Positions 36,966 to 44,149 of a DNA stretch of 44,810 nt are shown here, piece after piece. Each line of letters opens with the position of its first letter. The first letter of the stretch is position 1. This stretch comes from a virus. Lineage: Duplodnaviria; Caudoviricetes. The notes under the pieces are model-generated. The model was not told where the DNA came from. It saw nothing but the letters and a program-made list of their open reading frames with translations, and did not search any database. A program made the position numbers and the translations under genes. The stretch lies in IMG/VR virus record IMGVR_UViG_3300005805_000146, positions 1 through 44,810 of that record; one strand, given 5' to 3'.

Positions 36966-38945
36966 TTAAGCAGTGAAGCCGACAGCGGTGAGATAGTTAC
37001 GCAGATAGCGTGTTTCAGGTTTCATCACGTCGGCGTTGATGAAGTCCATGAACTTGTCAGTCGTCAGAACAAAGCCAGCCTGCGATGCAGGTGCAGTGAA
37101 CTTGACTAGCGCATGGGTGAACTCGAGCGCAGCAAGCAACGAGTCGTGCTTTAGCGTACCTTTGAAGATGCGCATCTCGATGGTGCGACGGTTGGTCAGG
37201 TTGACTGCCTCGTAGCGTGGGTCACTGCGTGACGGTTCATGTGCAGTGCCGAGCTTCTTGGCGTGCATGGATGCGTAGCCAACACCATGACGACGAGCAA
37301 TCGCTTTGATCAAGTTGCGATTGTCAGGTGAGTGAATGAACACGCACATCTTGTTGATCTGCAAGCGGTTCAGATTGTTGCGGTTGACGTGGACGTGCAG
37401 GCCACAGGTTGATGTGTCGTGACTACGCAGGTTTGCTGTTAGTGATTTGTCCTGCAGCCACTCCCAGAACTGATAGTGTGTGTCCAAGCCCATCGGTTGC
37501 GTGATGATCTCGAAGCCATTAGATAGCGAACCATCTTCCTCGAAGAAGCAACGTGCGCCAGCGTCACCGTCATTGAGTGCATCGTTTAGCTTGTCAACGT
37601 AGTCACCAGGGTGACCCTTGCGGCACTCGACCTCAAGCTCGATGCCGAAGAACCGATCGTTCTGCTTTGTCCACTCAGAGATGACAGCACTATAGTCATC
37701 GTTGTTCTTGGCAGTGTGATAGCGACGCAGCACACGCGACGGTGGTGAGTAGTCATGATGCACACGGCAGTCCTCCTCATCGTCGTAGTAGAAGTCATCC
37801 TCATCGCAGTGGATAGTGATGCGCTCACCATGCCGATTGAGTGCCGTGCAAGCGTCATCGCGGTGAATGTAGCCCTCGCTGTAGTCGCTGTACACATAGT
37901 TCTGGTCAATGCAAGTGCGGCACACATCGCTGCTATCGTCGAACGCAGGAGTCTGCATCTCATCTCGCATCTCCCACTCACCGCAGTCACTGCACGTATT
38001 GAAGTCGTTGTCGTGCAGCAGTTCCTCGACGTCATCGCTATCCTCGTAGTTGAGCAAGCTGCTGATGACTGAGCGTATTGCGCTAAGGCGCATATCGTTA
38101 GTGGCTGGATACGCCAACCTGCCATAGTTAAGCTCGTAGTACGCTCTCACATAGCCTGTGTTTGATTTACTGCACACATCGTCTAGCGTGTCGCTGACAA
38201 GCGTGCGCAGCTTGCTACGCATATCCTGCAAGTAGCGTGACCCATCGTAGCTGTTTGTATCTCTCACTGCATCAGTGATTGCCAGTACGAGAGGGTTAAC
38301 GATTGCCTGCACCACGTTTGCCAGCGGATACAAGTCATCCACATCCTCGCCGTTGTTGAGGCGTTTGGTTATTGCTGCGCCCAGCGCATCAGCGAACCCA
38401 TCGAGCACAAGCTGCGCTTCTCTGTACTCAGCGTTAGTGAATGGATAGACGACTTCAGTGTCAGCCGATGTGCCAAGATCAATGCCGTTGTTGCGTATGT
38501 AGTTCTTCAGCGCACTAAGCTGCGCCAGCATGAGGAAGCTCTGCCCGATGCGTTTGTAGTACGGCTGCGTGCTGAAGTACGGCTGGACGTTATCGATACA
38601 CGCTCTGTCTTTCATTGTCGTACCGATAGGCAGATGGTCAGCTACGATCAACTGATAGCGGCGTGTGCCGTGACGTGCGGCTTCTACGGTGTCTTGCATG
38701 GTTGCCTCCTGTGTGGTTGGTTGTGCTTCTGGTGCTACTAAATCGCGATGCTCATACATGGGGCGACCGGTGTGGTCACGCCCTACCTCGACGTGCATAC
38801 CTATGTCGTGCCAGTCGTCAGAGGTTTGCGGAACAACGCAGATTAGCTGCCCTTGCTGGATGTAGTAATTGCGTGTGCCAATGGGCAGGATGTCGCCCTC
38901 GTTTGCGGGCAGGCTGTACCCGTCGATGAAAGCAAATCTAGGCAT
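36966..38945 (-). CDS. Amidoligase (COOH-NH2 ligase type 2, glutamine synthetase-like) with N-terminal extension and CxxC motifs
   Basis: FGIELEVE, EEDGSL, GFEIIT, CGLHVHV, RYEAVN, TIEMRIF; CSDC and CRTC upstream of the catalytic domain; second in-frame start at 38699. Confidence 0.88.
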   Translation of the reverse strand: MPRFAFIDGYSLPANEGDILPIGTRNYYIQQGQLICVVPQTSDDWHDIGMHVEVGRDHTGRPMYEHRDLVAPEAQPTTQEATMQDTVEAARHGTRRYQLIVADHLPIGTTMKDRACIDNVQPYFSTQPYYKRIGQSFLMLAQLSALKNYIRNNGIDLGTSADTEVVYPFTNAEYREAQLVLDGFADALGAAITKRLNNGEDVDDLYPLANVVQAIVNPLVLAITDAVRDTNSYDGSRYLQDMRSKLRTLVSDTLDDVCSKSNTGYVRAYYELNYGRLAYPATNDMRLSAIRSVISSLLNYEDSDDVEELLHDNDFNTCSDCGEWEMRDEMQTPAFDDSSDVCRTCIDQNYVYSDYSEGYIHRDDACTALNRHGERITIHCDEDDFYYDDEEDCRVHHDYSPPSRVLRRYHTAKNNDDYSAVISEWTKQNDRFFGIELEVECRKGHPGDYVDKLNDALNDGDAGARCFFEEDGSLSNGFEIITQPMGLDTHYQFWEWLQDKSLTANLRSHDTSTCGLHVHVNRNNLNRLQINKMCVFIHSPDNRNLIKAIARRHGVGYASMHAKKLGTAHEPSRSDPRYEAVNLTNRRTIEMRIFKGTLKHDSLLAALEFTHALVKFTAPASQAGFVLTTDKFMDFINADVMKPETRYLRNYLTAVGFTA

Positions 38946-38969
38946 GGTTGCCTCCTATGTGGTTGGTTA

Positions 38970-38990
38970 AGCGGGACAGGGCGTCCCGCT
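38970..38990. repeat. Palindrome family A, copy 1: AGCGGGAC-AGGGC-GTCCCGCT
   Basis: Read directly; intergenic. Confidence 0.85.
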
Positions 38991-39189
38991 ATGGGTTACT
39001 CGCTTGTGCTTCTACTGCATCGGCAGTCTGCGCTGCCTTAATCATGCTTAACAGGTTATTTAGTTCTTTTTCGTATCTTGCCCTCCTTTCGGTTAACTTG
39101 TCAATTTCTTTCTGCGTCCACTTTATGCGGTACATCATCAGCCCTGCTTTAGCTTGCAGGGCTTCAAGCTGGGTTTTAGTTAGCGTCAT
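38989..39189 (-). CDS. Small coiled-coil protein (MTLTKTQLEALQ...)
   Basis: Start reassigned; ATGA overlap with the upstream gene. Confidence 0.65.
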   Translation of the reverse strand: MTLTKTQLEALQAKAGLMMYRIKWTQKEIDKLTERRARYEKELNNLLSMIKAAQTADAVEAQASNP

Positions 39190-39992
39190 GCTGCTTCCCC
39201 CTTCAGTTGTGTACGTTTTTGTTTTTGCACAGCGATGCGTTCGGCTGCGGTCACGAGCTTCCTCCAGTGAGGAGACACCCGTCGGTCTTTCTTCATTGCG
39301 TCCAGCTTGGCTATGGCTATCTGTATCAGCGCAGCTTGCTCTGCCTCGAGAGGGCGTCTGTCTGCGCCATCCCGATCGAGAATGTTTAGCAGTTGGTTTA
39401 ACTCCTGCGTCCATTTGTCTTTGACAAACGTGTGCTGCGCGATGATGGTCTTGGGTGGGTCGCGCTGGAATATGGGCGCGATGGGCTTGGTCTTGGCACT
39501 CAAGTTGGCATGGGCGCGACGAAACTCTGTGCGTATGCGTATCGGAACCCAATCAGACCAGTGATGGCCGAGAGGTATGCGCGACAGGGACAAAGGTAGT
39601 ATGCCCTCGTCAGACAGCTTGGCTTCTCTTACCTTCTCGTCTGGCGTCAGAGATTGGCGCTGGTATGCCTTCAGTATCTCGCGCACTTTCATCAGGGCGG
39701 AAACGTATGCACCATAGAAAGTAGACAATGGGATGTTCTCGCGCTTCTTGAACTGCGCCAGCCGCGTTTGCACTGAGCGTATCTCTTGCGATAGCGGTTT
39801 TATGATCAGGCTCCATTTGTCTTTGTGCTTTGCCGCTGCGCGTGCGGCTTTCTTTTGTTCTTTGCGCTTGTCAATAATCCGCGTGGCGATAGCGACGACG
39901 GTCTGCGGTGGGTATTTCCCACGCCTGTTTAAGCGCGTGATGATTTCCTTGCGCGTGCAGTCGCGCAAGCGTTTGGTGCTTTTACGAGGCAT
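39186..39992 (-). CDS. Basic hypothetical protein (possible DNA-binding)
   Basis: Lys/Arg-rich; GGAGG SD; HWSDWVP motif; adjacent to the large palindrome. Confidence 0.7.
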   Translation of the reverse strand: MPRKSTKRLRDCTRKEIITRLNRRGKYPPQTVVAIATRIIDKRKEQKKAARAAAKHKDKWSLIIKPLSQEIRSVQTRLAQFKKRENIPLSTFYGAYVSALMKVREILKAYQRQSLTPDEKVREAKLSDEGILPLSLSRIPLGHHWSDWVPIRIRTEFRRAHANLSAKTKPIAPIFQRDPPKTIIAQHTFVKDKWTQELNQLLNILDRDGADRRPLEAEQAALIQIAIAKLDAMKKDRRVSPHWRKLVTAAERIAVQKQKRTQLKGEAA

Positions 39993-40041
39993 GATTTCCT
40001 CCATTGAGAGTTAACGTGTTACCGTGATTCGTGTTTTGTCC

Positions 40042-40378
40042 AGATACTAAACACTTGGTACAGCGAAGTGCAAACGCTGTCATTTAGCGTAGTGCTTTGA
40101 TTTATATACGCATTGTTGCCTCCTGATTTTCTCGTTTCACACTTGTCCATGTTTTTTGAGGGTATATATATGTCCAAGAAAAGTTTATTGAAAGTTTGTT
40201 GAGAGTTTTGTTGTTTTCTCTCTGTTTGTAAATAATCTTTTTTCATACCCATATATACCCCTGAAATACATGGACAAGTGCTAAACGTAGTACTACTACT
40301 ACTAATAATATTATATATATTAGATACTTACGCCAGTTAACAGCGTTTGCACATCGCCGTACCAAGTGTTTAGTATCT
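40042..40378. repeat. Nested inverted repeats centred on 40210 (candidate replication origin)
   Basis: Outer arms 40042-40080 / 40340-40378 match at 37/39; inner arms 40140-40169 / 40251-40280; AT-rich. Confidence 0.85.
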
Positions 40379-40398
40379 CGCATTTTTGCAAACCGCCC

Positions 40399-40617
40399 TT
40401 AAAAATCCTCCTTCTGGGTTAACGCGTCAACTGAGTTGTTAGATTGCCAGCGTGCGAAGCGTTCTGTGTAGTACTCACGCTCGAAGGATGAGAGGGCTTC
40501 CCATGTTGGCTTGTCGCTCTCATCAAAGCGGGACGCAATGTCCCGCTTGGGCTTGGACTCTTTGGCTTGTGCAAACCCTGCGCGAATGAGGGCTTGGGCT
40601 AGTTGATCGTTACGCAT
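40399..40617 (-). CDS. Small early protein
   Basis: AAGGAG SD. Confidence 0.65.
   Translation of the reverse strand: MRNDQLAQALIRAGFAQAKESKPKRDIASRFDESDKPTWEALSSFEREYYTERFARWQSNNSVDALTQKEDF
40526..40548. repeat. Palindrome family A, copy 2: AAGCGGGAC-GCAAT-GTCCCGCTT
   Basis: Read directly; lies inside a CDS. Confidence 0.85.
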
Positions 40618-40795
40618 GGTGTTCTCCTTTCAGTGTGGTAATGGCTTGGTTTACGGCGGCAAGTGCCGCCATTACGTTTTGCTCTGCGGGTTTGAGAGAG
40701 CAGTAGCAGACGCCGAACGGACTGCGGTTATCTAGCTGCTTGCACGCCTCGTTCAGTAGCTTTTGCGCTGTGAGTAACGCGTCGAGTGTTGTCAT
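40610..40795 (-). CDS. Small early protein
   Basis: GGGAG SD. Confidence 0.65.
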   Translation of the reverse strand: MTTLDALLTAQKLLNEACKQLDNRSPFGVCYCSLKPAEQNVMAALAAVNQAITTLKGEHHA

Positions 40796-40808
40796 GGTGT
40801 TCTCCCGA

Positions 40809-40946
40809 TTAGTCGATGATTACGGGCAAGATGCCGCAAAGGATGTACCAAGCACCAACCCATACAGGTATGTGATGCCCGATGACAAGGACAAGGCTGA
40901 TGAGCGTGATGGCGGCAAGGCACGCTGGTGTGATGTCTTTGTGCAT
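40809..40946 (-). CDS. Small two-helix membrane protein (MHKDITPACLAAITLISLV...), 45 aa
   Basis: Read manually; AAGGAG SD; two hydrophobic segments. Confidence 0.6.
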   Translation of the reverse strand: MHKDITPACLAAITLISLVLVIGHHIPVWVGAWYILCGILPVIID

Positions 40947-40958
40947 GATTAACTCCTT

Positions 40959-41087
40959 TCATGGGCGGGTTGAGAGCATGGTTTTGGTGTACGCCAACGT
41001 ATCCCAGACAGCTTGGGCGTAAATTATTGTGTCGCACTCGAACGAGCGAACGATGCCATCGGCATCGCAATACCAGATTGTGAACAT
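40959..41087 (-). CDS. Small early protein (MFTIWYCDADG...), 42 aa
   Basis: TAAGGAG SD before the ATG at 41087. Confidence 0.65.
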   Translation of the reverse strand: MFTIWYCDADGIVRSFECDTIIYAQAVWDTLAYTKTMLSTRP

Positions 41088-41111
41088 GGTGAACTCCTTA
41101 GACAAAGTTGA

Positions 41112-41146
41112 GAATCCGCGCAGAAGGGTAATTTCCTGCGCGGTTC
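41112..41146 (-). other. Intergenic GC-rich hairpin (possible RNase III or pause site)
   Basis: GAACCGCGCAGGAA-ATTACCC-TTCTGCGCGGATTC on the minus strand. Confidence 0.5.
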
Positions 41147-41151
41147 GGCTA

Positions 41152-41174
41152 AAGCGGGACAACGTGTCCCGCTT
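41152..41174. repeat. Palindrome family A, copy 3: AAGCGGGAC-AACGT-GTCCCGCTT
   Basis: Read directly. Confidence 0.85.
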
Positions 41175-41571
41175 ACAGGTTTTGCAGATACTTGATGTAC
41201 TTCTTAAGCTCTGATCTGCTGTGCGACTTAGCGAAACGTTCCGCTGCTGCTAACAGCGGGTCTTTGTCCAACACGTGTGACGTGTTAGATTTCATGCCGA
41301 ATCCCATACGAGCAAGGATGCGGTTCTTGCGACGCTTGATTGCGTCGAACTCAGGATGCTCAGAGTCAAGACCTTTGACAGGACGCTTGTTCTCAGTCGT
41401 GTCAACTATCTCGATACCGAAGCGAGCATTGCACCATTTGAGTACAAGCTCGTTGGCTGACTTGCGATTGCTCGCACCAAGCGACTTCGCTTCAGCGACA
41501 AGAGCATCGATGTCCTCCTTGTTCATGCTGAGAATATCGAAGCACTCAAACAGTTGGCTTTGCTTTGACAT
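41173..41571 (-). CDS. First early gene, hypothetical protein (MSKQSQLF...)
   Basis: GGAGG SD; downstream of an extended -10 promoter. Confidence 0.7.
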   Translation of the reverse strand: MSKQSQLFECFDILSMNKEDIDALVAEAKSLGASNRKSANELVLKWCNARFGIEIVDTTENKRPVKGLDSEHPEFDAIKRRKNRILARMGFGMKSNTSHVLDKDPLLAAAERFAKSHSRSELKKYIKYLQNL

Positions 41572-41591
41572 GGCACACCTCCAAAAAAGAA

Positions 41592-41614
41592 AAGCGGGAC
41601 AAGCTGTCCCGCTT
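41592..41614. repeat. Palindrome family A, copy 4: AAGCGGGAC-AAGCT-GTCCCGCTT
   Basis: Read directly; in the 5' UTR of the first early gene. Confidence 0.85.
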
Positions 41615-41655
41615 CGCGTCGTTGCAGAGCGAAGTGCTCTCAAACCGACAACTAT

Positions 41656-41692
41656 ATTTTACCATACACGTTATTTTATAACGCGTTATTTC
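41656..41692 (-). promoter_or_regulatory. Early promoter with extended -10 (TG-G-TAAAAT) and upstream AATAACGYGT repeats
   Basis: -10 at 41656-41661, TG at 41663-41664; palindrome ATAACGCGTTAT at 41678-41689. Confidence 0.55.
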
Positions 41693-41840
41693 CAATAGGC
41701 GAACCCCACCATACCCCGACCCCCACAAAATATTGCAGCGGCGGCGCTCCGACCCGATCACTAATCCCCACAAACACCACACAATTTTCTTAAAATCATG
41801 ACAACAGCCCCCAAAAATTTTAAAAAATTTACCACCACTC

Positions 41841-41856
41841 TGTCTAATATTAGACA
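41841..41856. promoter_or_regulatory. Perfect 16-bp palindrome TGTCTAATATTAGACA (operator family B)
   Basis: Related sites at 34091-34106 and 19752-19767 overlap promoters. Confidence 0.6.
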
Positions 41857-41865
41857 TACGTAGCC

Positions 41866-41892
41866 AAAAAAAGCCCCCACCGAAGTGGGGGC
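41866..41892 (-). terminator. Intrinsic terminator with cUUCGg tetraloop
   Basis: GCCCCCAC-TTCG-GTGGGGGC-TTTTTTT. Confidence 0.85.
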
Positions 41893-41964
41893 AAAAGCCG
41901 CTTGGCTTTAGCGAGAGATCTCCAACCACGGAGACAGCCCCTGTGTAAAAATTTACACAGAGAC
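41866..41964 (-). ncRNA. Putative ~100-nt trans-acting small RNA with four hairpins
   Basis: Own promoter and terminator, no ORF; G-U pairs form only on the minus strand; seed complementary to five ribosome-binding regions. Confidence 0.7.
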
Positions 41965-41981
41965 AAAACCGAGTATATACT
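41952..41981 (+). promoter_or_regulatory. Putative terS/late promoter TTTACA-18-TATACT
   Basis: -35 at 41952-41957 and -10 at 41976-41981, about 30 nt before the terS ATG. Confidence 0.5.
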
Positions 41982-42000
41982 CCGGTAACTTTGACTGCAA
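41972..42000 (-). promoter_or_regulatory. sRNA promoter TTGCAG-17-TATACT
   Basis: -35 at 41995-42000 and -10 at 41972-41977. Confidence 0.6.
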
Positions 42001-42012
42001 CAGTCAACGCCT

Positions 42013-42627
42013 ATGCTTGAGCACCTTCTCGATGAAACCCTCTTCACTCCTGACGTGCTCCCCACGCCAGCGGCTAAACACGTCGATAAAGCCACCCCGG
42101 CTGAACTGATTGATGCGCAGGTTGAGACTGCAAAATGGCTTGAAGAGCTGGGGGCAACGCCAGACGAGGACATCCACGACCAGTTACAAGAGCACACCGC
42201 ACGCGAAGCCTTCGCGGTGTTAACACAAACCACTGACGTCAAGAAGCAACGCGCCACACTAACCAAGATCGAGACGCCAGAGGCGGTAAAGCATCTGGTG
42301 GGGATGCTAACGGCATACGACTGGCACTTTGTGGAGCAGGCCAAGGAGATCAGAGGCTACGCGGTGGCAAAATTAGTGGAAGAAACAGCCCATCCTGACG
42401 CCAAAATACGCCTGCGAGCGCTGGAACTCTTGGGGAAAGTCACGGAAGTGGCGCTCTTCACCGATCGGGTGGAGGTCAAAAAGACCGAAATGTCTGACAA
42501 CGAGCTGGATGACCGCATCAAAGAGAAGCTGGAGCGCATGGCAAAGATCATTGACGTGTCAGATGTAACGGAAGTGGAGTCAAAACTGGTGGAGGACGGG
42601 GATGAACCTGACGAAACAGGAAATTGA
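42013..42627 (+). CDS. terS: Terminase small subunit
   Basis: Directly upstream of terL; RLRALELLGK...LFTDRVEV motif. Confidence 0.75.
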   Translation: MLEHLLDETLFTPDVLPTPAAKHVDKATPAELIDAQVETAKWLEELGATPDEDIHDQLQEHTAREAFAVLTQTTDVKKQRATLTKIETPEAVKHLVGMLTAYDWHFVEQAKEIRGYAVAKLVEETAHPDAKIRLRALELLGKVTEVALFTDRVEVKKTEMSDNELDDRIKEKLERMAKIIDVSDVTEVESKLVEDGDEPDETGN

Positions 42628-44140
42628 CGCTCTCCAGAAGCTCCTCCCCACGCTAAACCCCCAAGAAAAAGCAGAACTGCTGGCGGATTTGGAAGAGAGA
42701 GCCGCCCGTGCGGCCAAAAACGCGGCAAAAACGTCATTGTTGGGCTTTGCCACCCACGTGTACCCCGGATTCAAGGTGGGACCGCATCATAGGAAATTAT
42801 CGCGCATCTTTAGCGATGTAATAAACGGAAAAAAGAAGCGGGTCATCATCAATATTGCGCCGCGTATGGGTAAATCGGAGTTCTCCTCCTACCTGTTCCC
42901 GGCATATTTCATGGGGCACTACCCCGAAAAGAAAATCATTATGGGCACGCATACCGCGTCCCTCTCAGAAGACTTCGGTCGTCGCGTAAAGAACTTAATT
43001 GACAGTGAAGAGTACCAAGAAATCTTTCCGGGAACGCAGATTGCAGAAGACCAGAAAGCCGCAGGAAAGTGGTCCACAGTGGCCGGAGGCCAGTATTACG
43101 CAGCAGGTGTTGGTGGAGCACTGGCCGGTCGTGGTGCAGACCTTTTTGTCATCGATGACCCGCACTCAGAACAAGACATGAGGGCGAACAGCCGCTTAGC
43201 GTTCGATACCGCATGGCAGTGGTTCCAGCAAGGTCCCTTGCAGCGCTTGATGCCCAACGGGGCAATCATCGTAATCATGACGCGCTGGTCGCTGCTTGAC
43301 CTGACCGGTCGTTTGATTGACTACCAGATCAAGAACCCCGACACTGAGCCGTGGGAGATCGTAGAACTCCCTGCCATATTGAATGATGGCGAGGACAACG
43401 AGAAAAGCTTGTGGCCTGAGCAGTGGCCGCTGGAGGTCTTGAAGTCCAAGAAGGGCGCGATGGACCCGCGGTACTGGAACGCGCAGTACATGCAGAACCC
43501 CACCTCGGAGGCGTCAGCCATCATCAGCCGGGGCATGTGGAAAATCTGGGAGTACGACGAGCCACCGCAGTGCGAGTACATCATTCAGAGCTGGGATACC
43601 GCGCACGAGGAAAAGACCACTGCCGACTATTCGGCATGCACCACGTGGGGCGTGTTCTATAACGACGAGGATGGCGGGGCACCGAACCTGATACTGCTGG
43701 ACGCCTTCAAGGACAGGATGGGCTTCCCGGAACTGAAACAGGTCGCGTTCAAGCACTGGAAGGAGTGGGAGCCAGATGCGTTCATTGTGGAGAAAAAGGC
43801 GGCAGGTGCGCCACTCATTCAAGAGTTTCGTGCGATGGGTATTCCCGTGGACGAGTTCACGCCAAGCCGAGGCAAGCAACGAGGCTCAACTGACAAAACC
43901 GCCCGTCTCAACGCTATCGCTGACTTTTTCTTCAGTGGCAAGGTCTGGGCACCAGATACACGATGGGCAAGAGAAGTGATTGAGGAACTCGCTGCCTTCC
44001 CCGTGGGCGAGCATGACGATTACGTCGATACGATCTCACAAGCGCTACTGCGCTACCGTCAGGGCGGGTTCATCAGCCTGCCATCGGACTACGAGGACGA
44101 GCCACAGTTTTTCAGGCGCAAATCACACGCCTACTATTAA
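42602..44140 (+). CDS. terL: Terminase large subunit
   Basis: APRMGKS Walker A, VIDDP Walker B, MTRW, YMQNP, SWDTA and HDDYVD nuclease motifs. Confidence 0.96.
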   Translation: MNLTKQEIDALQKLLPTLNPQEKAELLADLEERAARAAKNAAKTSLLGFATHVYPGFKVGPHHRKLSRIFSDVINGKKKRVIINIAPRMGKSEFSSYLFPAYFMGHYPEKKIIMGTHTASLSEDFGRRVKNLIDSEEYQEIFPGTQIAEDQKAAGKWSTVAGGQYYAAGVGGALAGRGADLFVIDDPHSEQDMRANSRLAFDTAWQWFQQGPLQRLMPNGAIIVIMTRWSLLDLTGRLIDYQIKNPDTEPWEIVELPAILNDGEDNEKSLWPEQWPLEVLKSKKGAMDPRYWNAQYMQNPTSEASAIISRGMWKIWEYDEPPQCEYIIQSWDTAHEEKTTADYSACTTWGVFYNDEDGGAPNLILLDAFKDRMGFPELKQVAFKHWKEWEPDAFIVEKKAAGAPLIQEFRAMGIPVDEFTPSRGKQRGSTDKTARLNAIADFFFSGKVWAPDTRWAREVIEELAAFPVGEHDDYVDTISQALLRYRQGGFISLPSDYEDEPQFFRRKSHAYY

Positions 44141-44149
44141 GGATAGATC

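Noticed and set aside
40019-40252. 77-aa ORF in the AT-rich region
   Set aside because: It lies across the nested inverted repeats, has no SD and shows atypical composition; likely spurious.
38970-41614. CRISPR array interpretation of the family A palindromes
   Set aside because: Spacing is irregular (0.4-1.5 kb) with genes in between; the Cas4-like gene is an ordinary phage replication-module nuclease.
41546-42344. Minus-strand ORFs 41546-42007 and 41850-42344
   Set aside because: They cross a strong terminator and promoter region or are antisense to terS; no protein-like motifs.
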